Virus record (IMG/VR): IMGVR_UViG_3300025006_000320
Reading direction: 5' to 3' (one strand)
DNA from: a virus
Length of the DNA: 64,000 nucleotides
The position numbers were made by a program, and so were the translations under genes. Below are positions 8,469-15,809 of the stretch, in pieces. The notes under the pieces are model-generated. The model was given only the letters and a program-made list of their open reading frames with translations. It made no database searches and had not been told where the DNA came from. How positions within the stretch are numbered: position 1 is the stretch's first letter; each line of letters begins with the position of its first letter.

Positions 8469-8494
8469 AAAAAAAGTGGCGGTGGATGGCCGCC
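8469..8494 (-). terminator. Intrinsic terminator in the left operon
   Basis: GGCGG-CCATCCA-CCGCC then a T-tract on the minus strand. Confidence 0.6.
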
Positions 8495-8536
8495 GGTTGT
8501 CATAACTAACCGCACTCATCGAGAACGGTGAGGTAT

Positions 8537-8562
8537 GAAAAAAGCCGCTGGTTAGGCGGCTC
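8537..8562 (-). terminator. Intrinsic terminator in the left operon
   Basis: AGCCGC-CTAACCA-GCGGCT then TTTTT on the minus strand. Confidence 0.7.
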
Positions 8563-8836
8563 TGAGTTTGTTGACGTAATTCATGCATACTGTAGGGCTG
8601 CATGTTCGCCATGTGGTTTTATGCTGCATCCGCTTGCTTGGCGGGTAATAAGCAACAGTCCCTTGCGGTGTACGAAAAATGAGAGTGTTTTCTCCCTCTT
8701 CGAACTCAACTCCATTACGTTGAAAGAAAGCCTTCATCCCTTCATGTGCTGAGTTACGCGCCATCCTGCGCCGCTCTTTAAGTTCTGGCTTCATGTCTCG
8801 CCAAAACTCCCCCATCGTATAATCGTCGTCTGCCAT
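8552..8836 (-). CDS. Hypothetical protein (94 aa)
   Basis: GAGGG SD before the ATG at 8836. Confidence 0.7.
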   Translation of the reverse strand: MADDDYTMGEFWRDMKPELKERRRMARNSAHEGMKAFFQRNGVEFEEGENTLIFRTPQGTVAYYPPSKRMQHKTTWRTCSPTVCMNYVNKLRAA

Positions 8837-8881
8837 AAAACCCTCTGTCGTTACCCGCTGATGCGGGAGAAATGCTTTGGC

Positions 8882-8985
8882 GATTGGATGGCCGGCGCTG
8901 ATCTCCGGCATGTAGATTCGGTTCTGCCGATAAATCCCACACTACTTCCGCTTCGTTGCGCATCAGCCTGCGCATTCATCCAATC
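8882..8985 (-). ncRNA. Multibranched structured RNA, C4/CI/IsrK-like candidate
   Basis: 9-bp closing stem GATTGGATG/CATCCAATC with three internal arms; see finding. Confidence 0.5.
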
Positions 8986-9067
8986 CCAAAACATTCCAGT
9001 TATTGCCGGGGTATTTATCCGCGCCCGGCGCGCGCTTTCCCGCTATTCCCCAACAGCAAGAAATCGC

Positions 9068-9409
9068 TTACTCTTTAATCTCCCCAACAGTAGAAAGGAT
9101 ATATTCATGCAAACCATGCGGACCGTGTGCCCTGACTGCGGAAGTGAGATGTTCAACCAGCCCGATGATTTTGACTTTGAGACAAATTTCACCGGCGTCA
9201 GTTGTGCTGACTGTGGTCGAGAAATCACTAAGGACGATGTTGTCAATCAGGCCACGGACACGGTCAAAAAACAGCTCGACGACATGCTCAGGAATTCCCT
9301 GAAAGGAACTGGCTGGAAGTTCGACTAATTTCAAAAGCTCCCCGAACTGAGTAAGAACCTCACTGGCGTCTACGTTAAGCAGTAGTGGCGCCGTTTTTTT
9401 ATCTGCCAT
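9068..9409 (-). CDS. First gene of the pL operon, hypothetical (113 aa)
   Basis: GAGGGG SD before the ATG at 9409; open across the antisense gene. Confidence 0.55.
   Translation of the reverse strand: MADKKTAPLLLNVDASEVLTQFGELLKLVELPASSFQGIPEHVVELFFDRVRGLIDNIVLSDFSTTVSTTDAGEICLKVKIIGLVEHLTSAVRAHGPHGLHEYILSTVGEIKE
9107..9328 (+). CDS. Small zinc-binding protein (CPDC...CADC), ECs_2282-like
   Basis: AAGGA SD, ATG at 9107, two CxxC pairs. Confidence 0.7.
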   Translation: MQTMRTVCPDCGSEMFNQPDDFDFETNFTGVSCADCGREITKDDVVNQATDTVKKQLDDMLRNSLKGTGWKFD

Positions 9410-9469
9410 ACACACCCCTCTGTTTGTTTACCGTCAGCCCCTCGTAAAGAGCTGCTGGTAAATCGCTTT

Positions 9470-9539
9470 GCCATAATTGCCGCTCTCCCTGAGCCCGCCT
9501 ATGGTCCGACGCATGGTTTACTGTCGCGCCGTTCGACTG
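9470..9539 (-). ncRNA. putL: put-like antiterminator RNA (putL)
   Basis: GUCGAACGGCGCGACAGUAAACCAUGCGUCGG...GGCGGGCUCAGGGAGAGCGGCAAU closely matches HK022 putL as recalled, with compensatory changes; lies just downstream of pL. Confidence 0.8.
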
Positions 9540-9604
9540 ACCGAATCTCCACTTCGCCGCTGGCTAACTTCGCTCAGCTGTCGATGTTTCGTTTCGATGA
9601 GTTG

Positions 9605-9665
9605 ATTATTAACTAATGGTTATTTTCAGTCAATAACCATTGGTTAATTATTTTACCGTTGGTTA
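9605..9665 (-). promoter_or_regulatory. pL (TTGACT-17-AATAAT) with OL operators
   Basis: TAAC-N5-GTTA at 9610-9622 and 9634-9646; TTAC-N5-GTTA at 9653-9665. Confidence 0.8.
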
Positions 9666-9756
9666 TTAAGGTTATGATTTATTGGTTAATTTAGTTCTGT
9701 TATGGATTTGTGCAGTACGTGCTATGCTGCAAAAAACATCAAAAAGGAGTGGTGAG

Positions 9757-9954
9757 ATGGACTTGGATGAAGAAAGAGTGAACATGATGGTTCACGCCAT
9801 GGGGCGGGCGGTCATGGAATTGTCACTGGCTGATTTACCCATGACCCAGCAAAACATCATCGACAAGCTGAAGCAGTACCGGAAGGAAACAGGAAACGTG
9901 ATCGGCAAGGGAGTTAACAGGGATGCTGCGGAGTTGGTGAGGAAGGGGCAATAA
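9757..9954 (+). CDS. Accessory hypothetical protein (65 aa) between OL and cI
   Basis: AAGGAG upstream; candidate extended -10 TGCTATGCT at 9720-9728. Confidence 0.65.
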   Translation: MDLDEERVNMMVHAMGRAVMELSLADLPMTQQNIIDKLKQYRKETGNVIGKGVNRDAAELVRKGQ

Positions 9955-10093
9955 AAAAGCCCGCACGGGCGGGCAGGTAGTGTTGCGATAGTTATTGTTA
10001 TCAGCTTCAGGCTGGATAGTTATCGGCAGAATGGGGGATAGCTTTATGGGTGGGCAATAAAAACCCGGCGCAGTGGCCGGGTTGGGCTATAAA

Positions 10094-10798
10094 TCAGAAT
10101 TTTGAAATGTCGATGTTGTAGATCGCCATCCATGCCTCTGCGGGATAGGAGTTAAGCGGTACTGATTGGTAATGCGGGGTAAGAATTTCAACAGATAAGC
10201 TGTGATAACTGCAGTAGTTTGCCAGCATCTGCCAGCTATATTTTCCAGGAATAACGCTCTTTACATGCGCAATCGTGGCATGCCTAAACCCTTCACCTTT
10301 ACTATGAACGTATTTGTTATGCTGCATGACGTGGTTACCGAAAGAGCCGCGTACAGACTTAAACTGGCCGTCTTTCTTTTCCAGCATCATCTGAGCGCGT
10401 TCTGCCGCTTCCGCCTGATCTGCCAGTTGGCGAAGAGCATCAGCGTATGTTTGTGGCACCATCTTATACCCGCCTGTTTTACGGATGGATGGAAGCACCT
10501 CGGAGGTAACCCACTTTTTAAAATGTTTTGCCTCTACTTTCTGCGATCCCATGACTGCATTATATAGCCCAGATTCATTAATAAGCGTCTGATTTGTATA
10601 GTTTCGTCCATTTTGCAGGGTTTGCTTTCTCTTTTCATCATCATCCAGTCTTTCTGTCATGTTACTGGTTTCAGCATACCCAAGAATATCTGCAACGTCC
10701 TTAGCAACAAACCACACTTCTGAATCATCGTCAGTCATAGTCCTGACGGCATTGCCGTTAAAATCAAATTCATTTAGAGCTACTGGATGACTCATCAT
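10094..10798 (-). CDS. BRO-N domain antirepressor-type protein
   Basis: F.F.G..VR...WFVAKDVA..LGY, INESGLY..V, FKKWVTSEVLPSIRKTG.Y; AGGTG SD. Confidence 0.85.
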   Translation of the reverse strand: MMSHPVALNEFDFNGNAVRTMTDDDSEVWFVAKDVADILGYAETSNMTERLDDDEKRKQTLQNGRNYTNQTLINESGLYNAVMGSQKVEAKHFKKWVTSEVLPSIRKTGGYKMVPQTYADALRQLADQAEAAERAQMMLEKKDGQFKSVRGSFGNHVMQHNKYVHSKGEGFRHATIAHVKSVIPGKYSWQMLANYCSYHSLSVEILTPHYQSVPLNSYPAEAWMAIYNIDISKF

Positions 10799-11048
10799 TT
10801 CACCTAATAAAATTGGCATCCAATGCTTTACAGGGGAAAACGCTTGAGGTAATCTCCCCAATCGAGATCTCAAGAAAACATTCTAGCCGATGTTTTTTCA
10901 GCCCCTGGTAGCGTCAACTATCAGGGGCTTTCCGTTGTTGGCGAGCAGAAAACGATCACACAACAGCGGGATCCTACCCAGGCTAAACAGAAACTTCAAC
11001 AAAATGATCAGCTTATAGCTGATTTTTTTCACACCTGTAATTCCATCC

Positions 11049-11077
11049 AATAAAAAAGGCCGCATCTCTGCGACCCC
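11049..11077 (-). terminator. Terminator downstream of cI
   Basis: GGTCGC-AGAGAT-GCGGCC then TTTTTT on the minus strand. Confidence 0.7.
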
Positions 11078-11112
11078 TCAAGCAACCATTCAAACCAGCC
11101 GCATCTTCGTCT

Positions 11113-11889
11113 TTACAGCAACACCGAGTACCAGAATATGCGACCGATTATCTCAACATCATCAATGTCAGCTTCTTCATCCGGATATGCGTCGCCGTTG
11201 TAGCTGCGAATGATTAGCTTGCCGCCCGGCTTCCGGTATAGCTGCTTAATGCGCTTGAGCTGCCCGCTACCGCCGTCTGCCTGACCAATGGCATACAGCT
11301 TACCGTCAACTATGCGCTTGTTGTTCGTGTCTACGGCTACCGTAGTGCCATCGGGAATGATCGGCTCCATGCTGTCACCTGTGGCCGGGAAGCAGAGAAC
11401 TCCAGAACCGTCGGTGTTTGCCCCTACTCGGCGTAGTGTTGACTTGGAGAACCTGAGCTTAAAACCATTGTGATCTTCGCTGTGTACGCGTCCATCGCCA
11501 CACGCAAATTCAATATCCTTAAGAAACGGCACTTCAACCTCGTCAGCAGGAAGCGGTGTGTTTTTGTCCCAAGCGTCAACAGTTCCCCACTCGGATTCCG
11601 GCGGGATAGAAGATTCCCTGTGCAGTTCAGGCTCAGGATCATTCCTTCCGTATTCCAGCCACTCAGGGCGAACCCCAAGCCAGCGGCTAAGTGCAAGGAT
11701 ATTGGTTTGGTCTGGTATTGCTGATGCGTTAAGCCACTTCCAGATCCCGGGCTCAGATACAGCAATCCCCTGGGACTTCATAGCTTCCCTGATCCTGCCA
11801 GCCTGCCCACGCCCACCCACGCCAGCATCAAGCAATGCAGCGCGAAGTCTCTTCGAAAACTCTTCTTTTAAATCGTCTTTTTTAACCAT
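11113..11889 (-). CDS. cI: CI repressor, HTH plus S24 autopeptidase
   Basis: N-terminal HTH, ACG cleavage-type site, GDSMEP Ser and LKR Lys; divergent from cro. Confidence 0.92.
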   Translation of the reverse strand: MVKKDDLKEEFSKRLRAALLDAGVGGRGQAGRIREAMKSQGIAVSEPGIWKWLNASAIPDQTNILALSRWLGVRPEWLEYGRNDPEPELHRESSIPPESEWGTVDAWDKNTPLPADEVEVPFLKDIEFACGDGRVHSEDHNGFKLRFSKSTLRRVGANTDGSGVLCFPATGDSMEPIIPDGTTVAVDTNNKRIVDGKLYAIGQADGGSGQLKRIKQLYRKPGGKLIIRSYNGDAYPDEEADIDDVEIIGRIFWYSVLL

Positions 11890-11952
11890 GTGTTAATTAT
11901 CAATTAGAGTTGACATAACTGTCAGTTAAGATATAACCTTAACTCGTAGTTA
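11883..11952. promoter_or_regulatory. OR3/OR2/OR1 with pR (TTGACA-16-TATAAC) and pRM (CTGACA-18-GATAAT)
   Basis: TAAC-N5-GTTA at 11883-11895, 11916-11928 and 11940-11952, the same consensus as OL. Confidence 0.85.
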
Positions 11953-11973
11953 ATATAGTTAACGGGAAACACT

Positions 11974-12219
11974 ATGAACCCAATGCAATTTGCAATCGAA
12001 GCTGTAGGCGGACAAACCGCAGCGGCACGCCTATGTGGTCTGTCGAATGTTGCTATTCACAAGTGGGTAAAGAACGCGGCATTGCCTCGCACCGAGTACA
12101 CAGAGAAAACCAACTATTCACAGCTTTTGGCTGACGCATCAAAAGGGCAGTTTACGGCGGAGTGGCTACGTCAAGCCGCAAACCCCGATCGAACTAAACA
12201 TGGATCACATGCCGCCTGA
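11974..12219 (+). CDS. cro: Cro-like repressor
   Basis: AIEAVGGQTAAARLCGLS..AIHKW HTH, divergent from cI. Confidence 0.85.
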   Translation: MNPMQFAIEAVGGQTAAARLCGLSNVAIHKWVKNAALPRTEYTEKTNYSQLLADASKGQFTAEWLRQAANPDRTKHGSHAA

Positions 12220-12246
12220 GGGCGGCCCTAACTAAAAATCACAGGA

Positions 12247-12279
12247 AGTATCGCAAATGGAAACCTTAACGACACGCAA
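12247..12279 (-). promoter_or_regulatory. Candidate CII-dependent pRE
   Basis: TTGC-N6-TTAA, then 13 nt, then GATACT; same geometry as lambda pRE. Confidence 0.45.
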
Positions 12280-12478
12280 CAAAGCGGAGGCACGACGAAT
12301 TGAGAGTTGGGTGCAGCGTCAAATCGCAGATCTGGGTACCGCCCGGATAGCCGAAGTAGCTGGCATCAACAAATCCACAGTCAGCCGGTGGCGGGAGAAC
12401 CTGGTACCGAACATGTCGCTGCTGCTGGCCATCCTGATTTCTAACCGGGATGGAGTGAAGGGAGATTTTGAAGCATGA
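12257..12478 (+). CDS. cII: CII-family activator (short, 73 aa)
   Basis: RN.A.ARRIES....IA..G...IAE.AGI.KS.VSRW, downstream of cro. Confidence 0.8.
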   Translation: METLTTRNKAEARRIESWVQRQIADLGTARIAEVAGINKSTVSRWRENLVPNMSLLLAILISNRDGVKGDFEA

Positions 12479-12560
12479 ACGCAGAAAGGGCGAAAGCCGA
12501 GGTGCTGTAACACCAACGGCTTTCAGGTGGAATTAACTGGATCAATTCACAGGAGCAATT

Positions 12561-13415
12561 ATGGCAAACACTGCCGAAGTAATCAATTTCCCTGTGCCTG
12601 ACGTGGCACCTAAGGAGCCGCGCGTGGCAGATCTTGATGATGGCTATACGCGCATCGCCAATGAACTTCTGGAGGCTGTCATGCTGGCTGGATTGTCTCA
12701 GCATCAGCTGCTGGTCTTCATGGCAGTAATGCGCAAAACATACGGTTTCAACAAAAAGGCAGACTGGGTAAGCAATGATCAGTTATCTGCCCTGACCGGC
12801 ATCCTCCCACACAAATGCTCTGCGGCTAAAAGTGCGTTAGTTAAGCGTGGGGTATTTACCCAAATCGGGCGAACTGTGGGGATTAACAAAGCGGTCAGCG
12901 AATGGGTGAAATTACCCAAATCAGGTAACGAAAATAAAGTTTACCTGAAAGAGGTAAATTTACCAGAATCAGGTAAGAAAAGTTTACCCGAATCAGGTAA
13001 CGACACTTACCCAAATCAGGTAAACACAAAAGACAAACATACAAAAGACAATAAAGACAATATTAATAAACCCCCTAAATCCCCCAAACCGGCTTCGTTC
13101 GATCCGGCTGGTGTTGAGCTTCCTGAATGGCTGTCAGTTTCAGTCTGGAAGTCATGGGTCGATTATCGTCGCGACCTGAAGAAACCGATCAAGTCTCAGC
13201 AGACGGTTACCCAGGCCATCAACCTGCTCGAGCGTTGCAAGTGCAGCGGATATCAGCCTGAAGAAATCATCAACCAGAGCATTGCGAACGGCTGGCAGGG
13301 ATTGTTTGAGCCGAAAGGCATCAAACAGCCAGCCCGCAATCAGACTCGCGTATCCGAGAACTTCGCTGGCAAGGACTATGGACAGACTGAAATTCCGTCA
13401 TGGGCGAGGGACTGA
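12561..13415 (+). CDS. Lambda O-type replication initiator
   Basis: ADLDDGYTRIANELLEA...RKTYGFNKK.DW; contains the iterons. Confidence 0.9.
   Translation: MANTAEVINFPVPDVAPKEPRVADLDDGYTRIANELLEAVMLAGLSQHQLLVFMAVMRKTYGFNKKADWVSNDQLSALTGILPHKCSAAKSALVKRGVFTQIGRTVGINKAVSEWVKLPKSGNENKVYLKEVNLPESGKKSLPESGNDTYPNQVNTKDKHTKDNKDNINKPPKSPKPASFDPAGVELPEWLSVSVWKSWVDYRRDLKKPIKSQQTVTQAINLLERCKCSGYQPEEIINQSIANGWQGLFEPKGIKQPARNQTRVSENFAGKDYGQTEIPSWARD
12912..13070. repeat. Replication origin: five iterons plus an A-rich tract
   Basis: TTACC-N7-GGTAA at 12912, 12941, 12960, 12984 and 13007, followed by A-rich DNA. Confidence 0.9.
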
Positions 13416-13417
13416 GT

Positions 13418-14272
13418 ATGGAACTGCTCGAAAAAATCGACGCTATCGAAAAAATGCTGGAAGTTCTCGGCAGGCCGCCAGAGCAACTCCCTAACTGCGA
13501 GATCGTCTGTGAAACGGTGCTTTGCGAGAAACACGGCGAATACGAACAGCGTAAACGCGTGCTTACCAGCAGTCTGATCAAGCTGCCGTCACCGCCGACT
13601 CGTTGTCCGGGCTGCCTGCGCGATGAGCTGACCTTCCTGTATGACGAGAAAAAGCGTTGGGAAGACCGCACGCGCCAGCAGAACGTCGATCGTCTGCTGC
13701 GCCAGCTCGAAATCCCTGAGCGCTTTGTAACGTGCACGCTGGAAAACTACCAGCCGGTAGGCAAAGAGTCAGAACGCGCGCTGCGGGTTTGCCAGGCGTA
13801 TGCCGCGAAGTGGCCGGAGCGCCTGAAGCAGGGTGGCGGTCTGGTGATGTGCGGAAAGCCGGGTACCGGTAAAAACCATCTCGCCCTGGCGATCGCCCGC
13901 TACGTCATCGAGAACCACCAGAGCCCGGTAATTTTCACCACCGCGCTGAAGATTGCCCGTGAGTTCAAATCAACGTGGTCGAAAACAGCGACGCGCTGCG
14001 AGAACGATGTGATTTCGCACTTCACCACTCCGGACCTGTTGATCATCGATGAGGTAGGCGTCCAGTTCGGCAGCGAAGCCGAGAAGCTGATCATGTTCGA
14101 AATCATCAACACCCGGTACGAGCGGATGAAGCCGACCATCCTGATCAGCAACCAGACCAAAGAAGAACTGGCGGCGTTCGTGAGTGAGCGCGTTATTGAC
14201 CGTATGAGCGACGGTGGCGGGTGCACGCTGTCATTCACCTGGGATTCTTACCGTTCAAAGGGGGCAGCGTGA
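13418..14272 (+). CDS. DnaC/IstB-like helicase loader
   Basis: C..HG...CP.C zinc motif, GKPGTGKNHLA Walker A, LLIIDEVG Walker B, SERV.DRM. Confidence 0.9.
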   Translation: MELLEKIDAIEKMLEVLGRPPEQLPNCEIVCETVLCEKHGEYEQRKRVLTSSLIKLPSPPTRCPGCLRDELTFLYDEKKRWEDRTRQQNVDRLLRQLEIPERFVTCTLENYQPVGKESERALRVCQAYAAKWPERLKQGGGLVMCGKPGTGKNHLALAIARYVIENHQSPVIFTTALKIAREFKSTWSKTATRCENDVISHFTTPDLLIIDEVGVQFGSEAEKLIMFEIINTRYERMKPTILISNQTKEELAAFVSERVIDRMSDGGGCTLSFTWDSYRSKGAA

Positions 14273-14463
14273 AAGCATGCAGCGACGACTATGTCGTTAT
14301 CAACCAGTATTCGAAAGGGGATGCAGCCTGGATAGAGCGCGTTGATACCGATGAAAAGCGAAAAGCACTTTACAAATCGAGTTGGGAAATAGCCGTAATC
14401 TCGCTCGCAATCGTTCGTGAATATGGGATCCGGAGGGTAGGCAATGACCATAACAATCCGTGA
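14269..14463 (+). CDS. Hypothetical protein (64 aa, GTG start)
   Basis: GTGA overlap with the loader gene. Confidence 0.6.
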   Translation: MKACSDDYVVINQYSKGDAAWIERVDTDEKRKALYKSSWEIAVISLAIVREYGIRRVGNDHNNP

Positions 14464-14788
14464 GCAGGTGCTGGCAGCCCTGCGCAACAACCCAGGGCTG
14501 AACAGCGTCAAGCTGGCCGAGCTTATCGGCATGGACACCAAAAAGATATCGGGAACGGTGAGCACGCTGCTGGCCGACGGCCTGATTAGCTGCGAAGGAA
14601 AATACGGCCAGCGCCTTTACAGCCTGACCAGTTACGGCATGCGCTTCGCCCCTGACACGATACCGGGCATGAAGCAGGGCAAGTCGAAGCTAATTCAGCG
14701 GACGGACACAAACGTGATCTGCCAGGAGTGCCGCAACAGCGCGGCGATGAGAAGGGTATTGATGGTTTGGGAGAGGGCAGGGGTATGA
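14444..14788 (+). CDS. Winged-HTH protein
   Basis: IREQVLAAL..NPGL....LAELIG.....ISG.VS.L...G. Confidence 0.75.
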   Translation: MTITIREQVLAALRNNPGLNSVKLAELIGMDTKKISGTVSTLLADGLISCEGKYGQRLYSLTSYGMRFAPDTIPGMKQGKSKLIQRTDTNVICQECRNSAAMRRVLMVWERAGV

Positions 14789-15063
14789 AAATTTTAAAAC
14801 TGAGTCAGCAGGCAACAGTTTCTCGTCCGGTCGATTCGATTATCGGTTGGGAAGAGAAAACAATCTACGAGCCAGTTTTTGTTGTGGCTGAGCATATTGA
14901 GTCGTTTTTGTTTGCTGGAGTAAGCCACATCAAAATGACCTCGGGCGAAAAGATAGTTGTACGAGAAACACCTGAAGAAATTCTCGCGCTGCTTGGCGTC
15001 GGTGTTCAAACGGATAGCCTGAAAACATGGGGTGAAATTGCGCAGAAGGAGGCCGCCCAGTGA
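14785..15063 (+). CDS. Small FlbD-like hypothetical protein
   Basis: V.AEHIES...S.I.M.SG..IVVRETPEEI motif. Confidence 0.55.
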   Translation: MKILKLSQQATVSRPVDSIIGWEEKTIYEPVFVVAEHIESFLFAGVSHIKMTSGEKIVVRETPEEILALLGVGVQTDSLKTWGEIAQKEAAQ

Positions 15064-15620
15064 GCAACATCGACAAACGCGCATTACGTGAAGCGGCTGA
15101 ACGTGCAGGACAAAATGACTGGGAGTACGTCTACACCAGCGACCTCAGCGCCCCAGGGCGGGGATATATCACAGTAGGCGGAGCAGAGGCTATCTACTGT
15201 CTGAATAAAGCCGCAGGGGGAGTGAAACAGTCGGAAAACGTATTGAGATATATCGCTGCAGCTAGCCCGGAAACAATGCTGGCGCTGCTGAATGAGATTG
15301 CTGAACTTGAGCAACGACATTGCGGAACAGCATTGCTTGAGCGAGAAGAAATGCACACCAAAACTCTGGGTAGGATGTTGGATGAGCTGGAAGAGTCCGA
15401 GCGGCTACGCTTTAAGTTCCAGGAAGCTAACTGCGAATTGTGCCAGAAGCTGGAAGCCGCAGAGAAGCGGATTGCTGAGCTGGAGCGTAAAGAACAGCAC
15501 AGTGAACGCCAGTCAGTAATTGATGCGCTGGCTGGTTCTGGTGAGGAATGGAGTGATATCGAAGAATACATGCAGAAGTGGGACGCGGAACGCGCCTCCG
15601 CAGCCGGTAAAGGGGAGTAA
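15060..15620 (+). CDS. Ead/Ea22-like protein
   Basis: MSNIDKRALREAAE and YIAAASP...LALL.E..ELE. Confidence 0.8.
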   Translation: MSNIDKRALREAAERAGQNDWEYVYTSDLSAPGRGYITVGGAEAIYCLNKAAGGVKQSENVLRYIAAASPETMLALLNEIAELEQRHCGTALLEREEMHTKTLGRMLDELEESERLRFKFQEANCELCQKLEAAEKRIAELERKEQHSERQSVIDALAGSGEEWSDIEEYMQKWDAERASAAGKGE

Positions 15621-15622
15621 GC

Positions 15623-15799
15623 ATGAAATACGAAATCCCGGAATCAGAAGATATTGAATGGCAGCAGGATATGCTCCGTGAAATAGACAGCGCCCTTGAT
15701 GTCTTGCGTGATGAACATGAGCACGCAGAGGTAGTGGAGGAAATCATCAATGATATCACCGCGAGAATAGCATCACTCCGCGCGTACTCTGGATACTGA
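15623..15799 (+). CDS. 58-aa acidic hypothetical protein MKYEIPESEDIEW... (not in track)
   Basis: GGAG SD, open frame filling the gap. Confidence 0.7.
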   Translation: MKYEIPESEDIEWQQDMLREIDSALDVLRDEHEHAEVVEEIINDITARIASLRAYSGY

Positions 15800-15809
15800 G
15801 GACTAACCT

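Noticed and set aside
8882-8985. tRNA gene
   Set aside because: Cloverleaf-like, but no T-loop GTTC, no 7-nt anticodon loop geometry and no CCA end.
9111-9120. AAACCATGCG, matching the put core, on the plus strand
   Set aside because: It lies in coding sequence (codons 2-5 of the zinc protein) and has no flanking stems.
10960-11040. LexA box controlling the BRO, rha or ant genes
   Set aside because: I found no CTG-N10-CAG site in these upstream regions.
12200-12560. A putR counterpart after cro or cII
   Set aside because: The cro end has GAACTAAACATG, which echoes the putL loop, but the stem I pairing is absent and the cro-cII gap is only 37 bp. The hairpin after cII looks like an oop-type terminator.
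12912-13023. CRISPR-like array
   Set aside because: 17-bp palindromes with 2-12 bp gaps inside an initiator gene are iterons; no cas genes are present.
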